Below, one piece after another: positions 37,499-46,506 of a DNA stretch of 55,475 bases. The stretch comes from Halobacteroidaceae bacterium. Its GTDB lineage: Bacteria; Bacillota; Halanaerobiia; B1SED10-174. The position numbers were made by a program, and so were the translations under genes. The stretch lies in assembly GCA_003554145.1 (NCBI GenBank), contig PWFS01000009.1, positions 1-55,475 of the forward strand, written 5' to 3'. Under the pieces are notes generated by a model. It saw only the letters and a list, made by a program, of their open reading frames with translations, was not told the DNA's origin and did not search any database. How positions within the stretch are numbered: the first letter of the stretch is position 1; every line of letters starts with the position of its first letter.

Positions 37499-37533
37499 AA
37501 AAAAACAGGGAGCGGGAGGCATCCCTGTTTTTT
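37499..37533. terminator. Bidirectional terminator between convergent DUF362 and pdxS genes
   Basis: A-run, then acaggga / gcgggaggca / tccctgt, then T-run. Confidence 0.75.
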
Positions 37534-37537
37534 AGGT

Positions 37538-38413
37538 TTAATCACCGCGGGCGGCTAATTTTTGCTCACCGGTGATTTCTTCTATGGGAATTCCCGCCAT
37601 TGCGGTTCCCAGGCCGGAGGAAATTCTGGCCAGGGCACCAGGCTGATCAAAATTCTGAACCGCCTCCACAATGGCCCGGGCTCTTTTTTCCGGTTCTTCT
37701 GATTTAAAAATTCCTGAACCAACAAAGACTCCGTCACAACCCAGTTGCATCATGAGAGCGGCATCAGCCGGGGTGGCAATACCTCCTGCTGCCAGGTTTA
37801 GAACCGGGAGCTGTCCCTCCTGATGGACCCTTCTAACCAGTTCCAGGGACACCTGCAGGTTGCGGGCCCGGACCGCCAGCTCATCCTGCCGCAGAGAAAT
37901 TAACTCTCCTATCTGGGTAGAGATAGTGCGCATATGGCGGACTGCCTCAACAATATTACCGGTACCAGCTTCTCCCTTGGTTCGAATAAACCCGGCCCCC
38001 TCGCCTATACGGCGCAGGGCTTCACCCAGGTTACGAGCTCCACAGACAAAGGGCAGGTGAAAATCATTTTTGTTAATGTGATTTTCTTCGTCAGCAGGAG
38101 TCAGGACTTCGCTTTCATCGATTACATCCACCTGCAGAGCCTGCAGGATCTGGGCTTCAACAAAATGACCAATGCGGACTTTGGCCATTACCGGAATGCT
38201 GACCTCCTCCATTATTTCTTTAATCATAGCCGGGTCCGACATTCGGGAAATGCCGCCCTCCTTCCTGATATCTGCGGGAACTCTTTCCAGGGCCATGACT
38301 GCCGCTGCTCCTGCCCTTTCTGCAATCTGGGCCTGCTGAACACTGGTAACATCCATTATTACGCCACCCCGGATCTTTTCCCGTAATTCATCTAAAGAAA
38401 ACCTACCCGTCAT
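37538..38413 (-). CDS. pdxS: Pyridoxal 5'-phosphate synthase lyase subunit
   Basis: [45 protein letters not shown]. Confidence 0.95.
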   Translation of the reverse strand: MTGRFSLDELREKIRGGVIMDVTSVQQAQIAERAGAAAVMALERVPADIRKEGGISRMSDPAMIKEIMEEVSIPVMAKVRIGHFVEAQILQALQVDVIDESEVLTPADEENHINKNDFHLPFVCGARNLGEALRRIGEGAGFIRTKGEAGTGNIVEAVRHMRTISTQIGELISLRQDELAVRARNLQVSLELVRRVHQEGQLPVLNLAAGGIATPADAALMMQLGCDGVFVGSGIFKSEEPEKRARAIVEAVQNFDQPGALARISSGLGTAMAGIPIEEITGEQKLAARGD

Positions 38414-38438
38414 TTGCCAGAACCTCCTTTTAATGATA

Positions 38439-38493
38439 TATTATTGTTGGGGTACAATCTGGTTATTTAACCCCTAGAGCCGGTACAATAATA
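38439..38493. promoter_or_regulatory. Candidate PdxR operator (direct plus inverted repeats) in the pdxS/pdxR divergent region
   Basis: GGTACAAT at 38451-38458 and again at 38482-38489 (31-bp spacing). TATTATTGT (38439-38447) is the inverted repeat of ACAATAATA (38485-38493). Confidence 0.5.
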
Positions 38494-38530
38494 GCTTTTC
38501 CGGCCCATTAAGTCAAGGAGGAGACCATAA

Positions 38531-39976
38531 ATGGAAAAAAGCAACCCTATTGTGGGGATACAATTGGCGAGAAATGGTGAAAGACCCCTTTATTCCCAGC
38601 TGGCCCAGGCCTTAAAAGAGCTCATAATAAAAGGAGAATTATCCTCGGGTTCAAAAATCCCTCCCATTCGGCAACTGGCAGGGATCCTGGGAGTTAATAA
38701 CAGCACTGTGGTTCAGGCTCTGGAAGTTTTAAGCAGGGAAGGTCTGATTTATAAGCATGTGGGGCGGGGAACTTTTGTGGCCCCTTCCAGTCGGTCTCAG
38801 CCACCTGTGGAAGGTGGAGGCCATGTATATGATTTTTCTTCTTTAGCTCCCGCCACCGAGCTTTTCCCGGTTTTAGATTTCAAAAAAGCCCTGAATCGGG
38901 CCCTGGATTATTATGGAGGAGAAGCGTTAAATTATCAACCTCACCTTGGGTATCGCCCTCTGAGAGAAAAAATGGCGGCTTTACTAGGCCAGGAGGGGAT
39001 CAGTGTAAGCCCGGAAAGAATAATGGTGATTTCCGGAAGTCAGCAGGGCATTGATATTTCGGCCAAGGTTCTCCTGGAGCAGGGCGAAACAGTGTTTTTA
39101 GAAGAACCAACCTATCCTGGTTCCCTTTTAACTTTTCAGGGGCGAGGGGTTAGAATTATCAATATTCCCATTCGGCAGAGCGGGCTGGATTTTGTGGAAC
39201 TGGAAAAAAGGCTGGCTGATTTTCGCCCCCGACTTCTTTTTGTTATGACCCGCCTGCAGAACCCCACCGGCTACTCTTATACTCCGGAACAAAAAGCCCA
39301 TCTTCTGCAGCTTGCTTATAAATATAACTTTTATATCCTGGAAGACGATTATTTAAGTGCCCTCGATTACAGGGATTATCGATCCACTGATCCTCCTTTA
39401 AAGGCCATGGATCGCTGGGACCGGGTCATCCTTTTAAAAAGTTTTTCCAAGGTTTTGATGCCAGGTTTACGTCTCGGTTTTGTGATTCTGCCGGAAGGAT
39501 TACAGGAGGATTTTCTGGGGGCCAAATATGCTGCGGATATTTCCAGTTCTGGTTTAATGCAACGAGCTTTTTCTTTTTTCCTTCAGGATGATAGCTGGGA
39601 GGAACACCTGAAAACCATCCGCAGGGAATTTCGATCCCGTTATCAGCTGGTAAAAAAATTTTTGAAAGAACAATCACCCCTACTCTATTTCTGGGATCCC
39701 GAAGGCGGCCTCTTTTTCTGGGTTCGCCTGAATAGGGGAGGTTGGTCAGAAGATCTGGCTGTTTTGCTGCGCAGGCGAGGAGTGGATATTGCTCCCGGTT
39801 CCGCATTCTTTGCTGGAAAGAGGCAAACCCCCTGGTTTAGATTGAGTTTTGCTACCGGCAGTAAGAAAGATCTGGAGAGGGGACTGGACCTGTTAAAAGA
39901 TGGCCTGCAGGAACTGCAGACCGGCCAGGATCTGGATCGGATTCCCCAGGAGGAGCCAGAAAAGCGGTTATTTTAG
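38531..39976 (+). CDS. pdxR: MocR/PdxR-type regulator (GntR wHTH fused to a fold-type-I aminotransferase domain)
   Basis: N-terminal PLYSQLAQALKELI...IPPIRQLAGILGVNNSTVVQALEVL. PLP-lysine context SFSKVLMPGLRLGF. Divergent from pdxS. Confidence 0.8.
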   Translation: MEKSNPIVGIQLARNGERPLYSQLAQALKELIIKGELSSGSKIPPIRQLAGILGVNNSTVVQALEVLSREGLIYKHVGRGTFVAPSSRSQPPVEGGGHVYDFSSLAPATELFPVLDFKKALNRALDYYGGEALNYQPHLGYRPLREKMAALLGQEGISVSPERIMVISGSQQGIDISAKVLLEQGETVFLEEPTYPGSLLTFQGRGVRIINIPIRQSGLDFVELEKRLADFRPRLLFVMTRLQNPTGYSYTPEQKAHLLQLAYKYNFYILEDDYLSALDYRDYRSTDPPLKAMDRWDRVILLKSFSKVLMPGLRLGFVILPEGLQEDFLGAKYAADISSSGLMQRAFSFFLQDDSWEEHLKTIRREFRSRYQLVKKFLKEQSPLLYFWDPEGGLFFWVRLNRGGWSEDLAVLLRRRGVDIAPGSAFFAGKRQTPWFRLSFATGSKKDLERGLDLLKDGLQELQTGQDLDRIPQEEPEKRLF

Positions 39977-39991
39977 AAGGCTGAAAAGAAT

Positions 39992-40014
39992 AAAACAGGC
40001 GGGAAACCTGTTTT
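39992..40014 (+). terminator. Rho-independent terminator after pdxR
   Basis: aaaacagg / cgggaaa / cctgtttt. Confidence 0.65.
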
Positions 40015-40193
40015 AAAGGAAGTTTTGTTTAATTTTACCCAATAGATGGGGAAATCTTTGGAACGTTTTTTTCTTCAAAAGCTCAGACCAACCAGGAGGG
40101 AACAGAGGATCAGGAGAGAATTAATTCTGCGCCCCAATTGTTCCAGGGTGGTGATAATTTGAACAGTTTTTAAATATAGTTAATTTTAAGTTA

Positions 40194-40213
40194 AAAAGCT
40201 CCCGATTCGGGTC
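40194..40213 (-). terminator. Weak terminator-like hairpin after the 218-aa secreted protein gene
   Basis: Minus strand reads cccg-aat-cggg, then ag, then c-T5. Confidence 0.3.
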
Positions 40214-40222
40214 TTAAGTTTA

Positions 40223-40864
40223 TTAGTTCCGGGCAGTTATAACAATCAGGATATCATGGATCTGGGCCAGATAGTTGACATTATCCTGATAGTAACCGGA
40301 GAAAATTACTTCCTGAATATCTTTTCTAAAACCCTGGAAAATATAAATAGGTGTAAATTCTTCAGCTTTGAACTCAGGAGCAGAGGTAGGCCCAAAAGAC
40401 CAGTTATAATCAGAGGAGATCAACTCGGGGATAGTGATGGTATAAGATGAATGGCCAAAACCACTACTGGTTTCACCTGAGCGCCCCAGGCCCCAGTGGA
40501 TAAGGTATTCCCGTTCGCCTCGAACCCGTATTCGTTGCAGGGCAAAGGCCAGAAAAACTTCATCACCGGGTTCAGCGTGGAGAAACATACTCCCTATTGG
40601 ACTGGTCTGGTCCGGAGAAACCTGGAGGTCGGGGTCAATCTGTTCTCTTTTAACTGGATTTTCATTGCGGTAAATCTCTACCTGTAATTCCAGGTTGGGT
40701 TCTTCCAGGTTAAGCTTTAAAGGGTCAAAAATACCTACCATTTTTGCAATTTTTTCTGCACTCAGGGAATTGGCAGCAGTTGCCTGGACAGGGGCGCTAA
40801 CTAGTAGCGTCCCTAAACAAAACAGGATAAAAAGGGTATGGAGGGAAAATCTGGGGGACAACAT
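40223..40864 (-). CDS. Hypothetical secreted protein, no recognisable domain
   Basis: ATG at 40864 lies 5 nt after AAAGGTG; the track start at 40879 is a TTG. Signal peptide MLSPRFSLHTLFILFCLGTLLVSAPVQA. Confidence 0.6.
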   Translation of the reverse strand: MLSPRFSLHTLFILFCLGTLLVSAPVQATAANSLSAEKIAKMVGIFDPLKLNLEEPNLELQVEIYRNENPVKREQIDPDLQVSPDQTSPIGSMFLHAEPGDEVFLAFALQRIRVRGEREYLIHWGLGRSGETSSGFGHSSYTITIPELISSDYNWSFGPTSAPEFKAEEFTPIYIFQGFRKDIQEVIFSGYYQDNVNYLAQIHDILIVITARN

Positions 40865-40936
40865 TATCACACCTTTCAAAAAATTTGGGTTCAGTGCGCT
40901 TGAAAAAGTTGGAAAATAATTAACTCCACCCTTATA

Positions 40937-40965
40937 ATATTACGTCAAATTAATAAAAAAGTCAA
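40937..40965 (-). promoter_or_regulatory. Sigma-A promoter for the secreted-protein gene
   Basis: Minus strand reads TTGACT, 17-nt spacer, TAATAT. Confidence 0.6.
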
Positions 40966-41354
40966 GTTTTTTTGCTAAAAGGTTAAAAAATTTTAACCTC
41001 TATATTAATCCCCTGTTAGGTCCGGAATTTGTAAAATTGAATTCAGAATTTCAAAAACCCCTATAACTGAATCAGGAAAGAAGGGGGGAAGCCCAGGCCC
41101 GGATAATTTTTGTCCCCGGGGAGCATTCTCAAAAACAAGAAAACTCAATAAGAACTGTTTTTCTCTTGATAAAAATTTCTCCAGGAAAAGAAGAGCCGAA
41201 CCCATAATAAGAATTTTCACCCCCAGGGGCTTTCGCCCGGGAAAAATTGAACTCAAAAAACCGATTATATAGCTGAATTTATTTTATTGCGAGTATTATT
41301 TCTTGAATTCTTTTATCGGGAAACTTTTCCGAAATTGTTTAACACAGGGAAAAA

Positions 41355-41383
41355 TTGACTTTATCAAAATGCTATGCTATAAT
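41355..41383 (+). promoter_or_regulatory. Near-consensus sigma-A promoter with no adjacent ORF
   Basis: TTGACT, 17-nt spacer (ttatcaaaatgctatgc), TATAAT, with an extended -10 TGc. Confidence 0.65.
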
Positions 41384-41852
41384 TATTCTAACAATTCAAA
41401 ATATTCGAATAATACTGCTGGTGATGTAAATTGTTTGCGAAGGCAAAGGCTTCATATTCAACCGATTGGCCTGAAGCTTCCTGCGTATATTATTTCCAGC
41501 CGGCCTGTTGCCCCTGGTTTAAGAATTTATTCAAGGGGTTTTTTAGGTACTGGAAAAGTTGGGTTAGAGCTTATCGATATTCGGAGGAACAGTTTGGTTA
41601 ATTTAGACTGGTAAAAATCATAATAGTGGTTTAATAATAAAGTCATTATTAAGGTCAATCTCCACGAGGAACTCCAATTTTTAGAGTATTAAGGCTTTGT
41701 TTAGTGGGACCAGAAGAAGTGGATTTGCTCCTGGATTAGGTACATCGAGTTAAAAAAAATGAAAGGGGAGGTGATAAATGAGGGCTAAGCGGGAAGGAAA
41801 AGAGAAAAGAAAAGAAGTAAAAAAGAAAGGAAATTAAGAGGGAGGGAATTCA

Positions 41853-42341
41853 GTGAAAAAAACTTTAATCTTAATTGTTCTTGTCTTTTGTTTAGCTGTT
41901 TACTGTTCGCCTGTAGTCGGAGAGGGAAATTACCCCAGTCTGGAGGATACAAGGGAAGTTATCATGGGCTGGCTGGAAACACTTGATGCGAGCAAATTCA
42001 CCACAGAAGATGTAGTTTTCCTCGATATGGCAACAGGCGAGCCTCTGGCTACCAATAATGTTGAGCTGGGAGAAAACCTTTATTGGTTCTACAATGTTGC
42101 TTTTGAAGCAGAAATTGTGGATCCCTTTGTAATAATAGGTGAAGGAAAAGCTGTAGTTGAGTTTACCGTTTCCGGGGTTCACATCGGGGAATTTGCGGGT
42201 ATCATGGGCACGGGCAATAAGGTTCATTTCCCCAAAATTGTTACCTACGAACTGGAAGAGGAGTATCCTCATCGAATCAAAAACGCCCGGTTTTATATTA
42301 TGATGAACATACTGATGGATCAGATTGCGGCCGGGGACTAA
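41853..42341 (+). CDS. Secreted SnoaL/ester-cyclase-like (NTF2-fold) protein
   Basis: GTG start after AGAGGGAGGG. Signal peptide. GKAVVEFTVSGVHIGEFAGIMGTGNKVHFPKIVTYELEE resembles the SnoaL-like cyclase core. Confidence 0.65.
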   Translation: MKKTLILIVLVFCLAVYCSPVVGEGNYPSLEDTREVIMGWLETLDASKFTTEDVVFLDMATGEPLATNNVELGENLYWFYNVAFEAEIVDPFVIIGEGKAVVEFTVSGVHIGEFAGIMGTGNKVHFPKIVTYELEEEYPHRIKNARFYIMMNILMDQIAAGD

Positions 42342-42523
42342 AAAGTAATCTCTCTCCATTAACCTCAATTATCCAGGGGGAAAGGGGTGTTAATTCTTCT
42401 TTATAAGTTTAAACAGAGCAATCTTTCTTGTTCAAGCCCTGCAGAAATTTAAATGTTTCTTATTGGATATCATATCTGCAAACCACTCTCCTTTGTAATG
42501 GAGATGTTGGCCAGGCCAACACC

Positions 42524-42551
42524 AATCTCTGTTAAAAAGGAGATTTTTTTG
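42524..42551 (+). terminator. Terminator-like hairpin with a T-run, about 180 nt downstream of the SnoaL-like gene
   Basis: aatctct / gttaaaaa / ggagatt followed by T7. Confidence 0.5.
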
Positions 42552-42746
42552 CATTGGGAGAAAAGGATTTTTGGGTTAATCAATTGACAGGAAATGAGTT
42601 CCAAAATTTAAAATAATAATTTTCGGTACGGGCAATTGATTGTTAACCGTTATTCCCGGCAATTAATCTTCCTTATTTAATAATTTATATACCTGGCTTT
42701 AAAAATAAAAAAAACAATAAAAAAATTAATTATTTCAATTTTTGCA

Positions 42747-42775
42747 TTGACAAATGTATAGGTCGTTTATATAAT
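42747..42775 (+). promoter_or_regulatory. Perfect-consensus sigma-A promoter
   Basis: TTGACA, 17-nt spacer (aatgtataggtcgttta), TATAAT. Confidence 0.7.
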
Positions 42776-42929
42776 TGAGTTGGAAATAAAAAAAATCAAT
42801 TGAATTAAAAATAATTTTAAGGTTTTAAAATATTGGTCACAGGTTTTTTTGCCAACAGGATTATCAATTTAAAAAAAAGGTCTGTAATAATAGCAGGCAG
42901 GAATACAAAAATTAAAAGGAGGGAAAAAA

Positions 42930-43013
42930 ATGTACGACTTTGGTTTAGCTTCCTCGGAGACTATAATTGCACGGATGAAAAAAGAAAGTCGCCGCAAAAA
43001 TTATCGGAAGTAA
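42930..43013 (+). CDS. Candidate 27-aa basic micropeptide (MYDFGLASSETIIARMKKESRRKNYRK)
   Basis: ATG lies 7 nt after AAAGGAGGG, about 150 nt downstream of the consensus promoter and 300 nt upstream of the ABC-2 exporter. Not in the ORF track because it is shorter than 60 aa. Confidence 0.4.
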   Translation: MYDFGLASSETIIARMKKESRRKNYRK

Positions 43014-43315
43014 AAATCCTCTGGGACTGAAGTTAAGAAAAAACAGCCTACTGAAGAAAGAGTCTTTTTGGGGTTCTTATGGAGTACTTTAATGCATGAA
43101 TATCAAGAAAAATACCGGGTTTTTAGCAGGGAATAGTAAAAAACAAGTTAAGGTGATTAAGTTAGCGATGCATTTTATTTACATTTTTATCAGGAGAAAG
43201 CAACCTTTTATAAAAAGGCCTTTTTGGGTTTTCTTCCAATCCCGGTGTGCTATTGTGATCAGGCTGATCTGGTCCGGGGAAGCGACCTGTTAAGGAATTC
43301 AAAGGAGGTGTTTTT

Positions 43316-44305
43316 TTGGGAATCATTATTCAAGCCCGCAATATTTCTAAGACCTACCCCAAGAAAAAAGAGCGGGTTCGGGCTTTACAAGAAGTGAGTT
43401 TTCAAGTAAAAAAAGGCGAACTTGTAGGGCTTTTGGGTCCTAATGGGGCGGGAAAAACAACCATGGTTAAAATTATTGCCGGCCTGGTAGCTCCGGATCA
43501 GGGTGAAGTTGAGATAGCCGGCTATAATACCTGGAAAGAAAGAGGCCGCACCCTCCGAAAATTAAGTGCTGTCCTGGAAGGGAATCGCAATATATACTGG
43601 CCCCTTACTGTTAAAGAAAATTTGAATTTTTTTGCTTCTCTTAAGGGACAACCCCCACGGAAGGTCCAGCAAAGAATTGATTATTTAATCAGCAAGTTAA
43701 ATCTGGAGAAAAAAGTCAATGTTACTGCCCGGAGTCTGTCCCGGGGAATGCAGCAGAAACTGGCTCTGGCCGTGGCCCTGGTGGTGGATGTTCCTGTTTT
43801 GATTCTGGACGAGCCTACTCTGGGTCTTGATGTAGAATCGGCCCTGGAAATTCGCGAAATGCTGCAGGATGTAGTCTATCAGGAGAATAAAACAGTGCTT
43901 TTAACCACCCATGATATGCGCCTGGTCCGAGCAATTTGCCCCCGGGTAATTATTATCAATCAGGGACAGATTGTGACTGATGATCGAGTTGAGAATCTTC
44001 TGCGCCTGTTTGAGGCTAAATCATATCGTCTGAAACTAACCGGGCATCTAACCTCAAAACAGGAAGAAATGATTAGCCTTGTGGAAAATGCAATTATCCA
44101 TAATGACCGGCATAATGGAGTTTACATAGACTTACATCTGGAAAGTATGGACAGTTTGTATATTATCCTGGATATTCTGCGGGAAAATAACTCCCCCATA
44201 GAATCTATTGAGCGCCAGGAGATTGACCTGGAGCAGGTTTTTCTGGAAATAGTAGGAAGGAGGAGGAAAAATGGGCAGCCTGATTCTTTTGCAAGCACAG
44301 GTTAA
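43316..44305 (+). CDS. ABC transporter ATP-binding protein (ABC-2/DrrA-like, with a C-terminal extension)
   Basis: TTG start 7 nt after AAAGGAGG. Walker A GPNGAGKTT, signature LSRGMQQKL, Walker B VLILDEPT. Confidence 0.9.
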   Translation: MGIIIQARNISKTYPKKKERVRALQEVSFQVKKGELVGLLGPNGAGKTTMVKIIAGLVAPDQGEVEIAGYNTWKERGRTLRKLSAVLEGNRNIYWPLTVKENLNFFASLKGQPPRKVQQRIDYLISKLNLEKKVNVTARSLSRGMQQKLALAVALVVDVPVLILDEPTLGLDVESALEIREMLQDVVYQENKTVLLTTHDMRLVRAICPRVIIINQGQIVTDDRVENLLRLFEAKSYRLKLTGHLTSKQEEMISLVENAIIHNDRHNGVYIDLHLESMDSLYIILDILRENNSPIESIERQEIDLEQVFLEIVGRRRKNGQPDSFASTG

Positions 44306-45044
44306 AAAGGAATTTATTCTTCTTCGCCGCTATTTTTTTAATTTCCTGGGGGGATTTGCCACCCTGTACGTGGTATTCTTATTACTTTTCCTGGGCTATA
44401 GGGGGCTTGCGGCCGGGACAGATATGTATGGAACCGGGCTGGGCAACCTGATTGTGGGCTATATGCTCTGGATTTTTGCCATGACTATTTATCAGGACAT
44501 TTCCTATCACCTGTTCAATGAAGCCCGGGAGGGTATCCTGGAACAACTTTACATGTCCCCCTTCGGCTATATCCGGGTAACCGCCTTTCGCCTTATTGCC
44601 GGCCTGGTCCTTAATTTCGGCATGGCCTTCCTTATTTTAATGGCCATGATGTTATCCACTGGCCGTTATCTTAACCTGGATCTGATTTCTCTGGTGCCCC
44701 TGATAATATTGCTTCTCGTACCCATTGCTGGCCTGGGCTTTATTCTGGGCGGCCTGCAAATCCTTTACAAGAGGATTCAATCTATTCTGCAGATAGTTCA
44801 ATTTTTGCTGGTTGGAGTGGTTGTGGCCCCGATCAACCTGGGCTGGACTGTTTTTCTTCCTGGGACCATGGCGTCTCATCTGGTGCGGCAGGTAATGGTA
44901 GAAGAGGCTTTTATTACGGCTTTACCCTGGACTCAGTTTCTAATGGCCCTTGTTATGGCCGTGTTTTACTTGCTGCTGGGTCTGGCTATTTTTAAACTCT
45001 GCGAAAGGCGAGCAATGATTTCTGGCCGCCTGGGGCAGTTTTAA
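44271..45044 (+). CDS. ABC-2 type transporter permease
   Basis: Six predicted TM helices. Overlaps the ATPase gene by 35 nt. Confidence 0.8.
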   Translation: MGSLILLQAQVKKEFILLRRYFFNFLGGFATLYVVFLLLFLGYRGLAAGTDMYGTGLGNLIVGYMLWIFAMTIYQDISYHLFNEAREGILEQLYMSPFGYIRVTAFRLIAGLVLNFGMAFLILMAMMLSTGRYLNLDLISLVPLIILLLVPIAGLGFILGGLQILYKRIQSILQIVQFLLVGVVVAPINLGWTVFLPGTMASHLVRQVMVEEAFITALPWTQFLMALVMAVFYLLLGLAIFKLCERRAMISGRLGQF

Positions 45045-45088
45045 ATACGCCTTTAAATCTCCCCGGGTACTTTTTGTTCTGGTGAAAG

Positions 45089-45127
45089 CCCCAGAAGGGC
45101 ACAAACTTTGGGGGTTTGGATTTTTTT
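45089..45127 (+). terminator. Terminator after the ABC-2 operon
   Basis: ccccaga / agggcacaaac / tttgggg followed by gtttggattttttt. Confidence 0.55.
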
Positions 45128-45453
45128 GTTGTTCCCGCTACCGGAAATCAGGGTAGGACTGTTGGAAGGGGCGGGTTTCTTTTTTTTGCCCTTTTTGCAT
45201 CAAGTTAAAAAAGCAAAAGTTGATTGGAAGGTGGTACCAAATTGTTAAGAAGCAGGAGGGATGCAGGTAAAAGCAGGTAAGAAATCCCTTGACACCCCGA
45301 ATACCATTCTCCTGTATATCTCCGGGTAAAGGGGGTGATAGTAAATGCCACTGTCCTGCTCCCCCAAAAAATGTTTTTCATTGATTTATTTGCAGGGACT
45401 TGAATAATCTCCAAGAAACAAGTAATAACTGCCCAAAAACGAGGAGGTAAGCA

Positions 45454-46506
45454 ATGGATCTCAAATCATTTATCGAGCGTATCAGTAATTCTCTGGGGAT
45501 TTCCGGTTGCGAACAGGAGGTTGCTGGAGAAATTACCATGGCCTGGGAGCAAATTGCCGATGAGGTCAGAAGGGATAATCTTGGAAACGTAATTGCGCTG
45601 AAAAAAGGTAAGAACAGCCACAAACCACCCCTTATGCTTGCGGCCCATCAGGATGAAATTGGTTTTCTGGTTCGGGACATTGATAAGGATGGGTTTATCA
45701 GCCTGGATCCTATAGGGGGGATTGATCCTCGCCTGCTTCCCGGACAGGAAATTAAAATATGGGGTAGAGAAGAAACTCTGGGAGTAGTGGGGGCGCGGCC
45801 TCCGCACCTGCAAAAACCCCAGGACAGGGAAAAAGCAATTCCCCTGGAAAAAATATTTGTGGATTGTGGCCTGAAGAAAGAAGAACTGGAGAAAAAAATC
45901 CGGATTGGAGATGCGGTTACTTTTCATCAAAAAATGGGCTGGTTGAATGAAAATATTGGTTACGGCAAGGCCCTGGATGACCGGGCTGGTGTGGCAGCCC
46001 TGCATCAGGTTTTATTGGAATTGAAGGATCGCACCACTCCCCTTGATGTTGCAGTGGTGGCTACGGTACAGGAAGAGGTAGGCATCAGGGGGGCTATTAC
46101 CAGCTCCTTTGCCCTCAATCCCGATCTGGGACTGGCGGTTGATGTGGCCTTTGCCAGCAGGCCGGGCCTGGAAAAAGAAATGACCCTGAACTCTAATGGG
46201 GGACCTGGACTTGAAATAGGGCCTCATATGCATCCCGGGGTCCTGGAAAAATTAAAAGAAGTAGCCGGAGAAAAAGAAATCCCCATTCAACTGATCGGTG
46301 TTCCCCATCCCGGGGGTACTGATACCTATGTCATGCAGATGAACCGCTGTGGCATGGCAACCGGTCTATTATCCATTCCCCTGGCCAATATGCATTCTCC
46401 AGTTGAAGTAATTGATATCAGGGATGTTCGTAGGACCGGGCGTTTAATGGCCAGTTTCTGCCTGCAGGCCGATGTCGAATTCGTGGAGGGATTAAAATGC
46501 TTATAA
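45454..46506 (+). CDS. M42 family metallopeptidase paralog 1 of 3
   Basis: AHQDEIGF, LDDRAGV, QEEVGIRGA, GGTDTY and NMHSP motifs. Confidence 0.9.
   Translation: MDLKSFIERISNSLGISGCEQEVAGEITMAWEQIADEVRRDNLGNVIALKKGKNSHKPPLMLAAHQDEIGFLVRDIDKDGFISLDPIGGIDPRLLPGQEIKIWGREETLGVVGARPPHLQKPQDREKAIPLEKIFVDCGLKKEELEKKIRIGDAVTFHQKMGWLNENIGYGKALDDRAGVAALHQVLLELKDRTTPLDVAVVATVQEEVGIRGAITSSFALNPDLGLAVDVAFASRPGLEKEMTLNSNGGPGLEIGPHMHPGVLEKLKEVAGEKEIPIQLIGVPHPGGTDTYVMQMNRCGMATGLLSIPLANMHSPVEVIDIRDVRRTGRLMASFCLQADVEFVEGLKCL

Noticed and set aside
41303-41614. 103-aa ORF, and the 41005-41256 minus-strand ORF, in the AT-rich island
   Set aside because: The ORF spans the TTGACT-17-TATAAT promoter and the hairpin/T6 element, has no SD, and has AT-driven N/I/K/L-rich composition.
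41778-41837. 19-codon ORF MRAKREGKEKRKEVKKKGN with an apparent SD (GGGGAGGTG) just upstream of the SnoaL-like gene
   Set aside because: It lies in an uninterrupted purine (A/G) run that generates SD-like strings and K/R/E codons by chance. Without conservation data I do not consider it a gene.
42833-43293. Two 65-aa track ORFs (42833-43030 and 43096-43293) upstream of the ABC transporter
   Set aside because: Neither has an SD. The first overlaps, in another frame, the 27-codon ORF that does have a strong SD. Both have highly basic, low-complexity sequences typical of AT-rich spacers.
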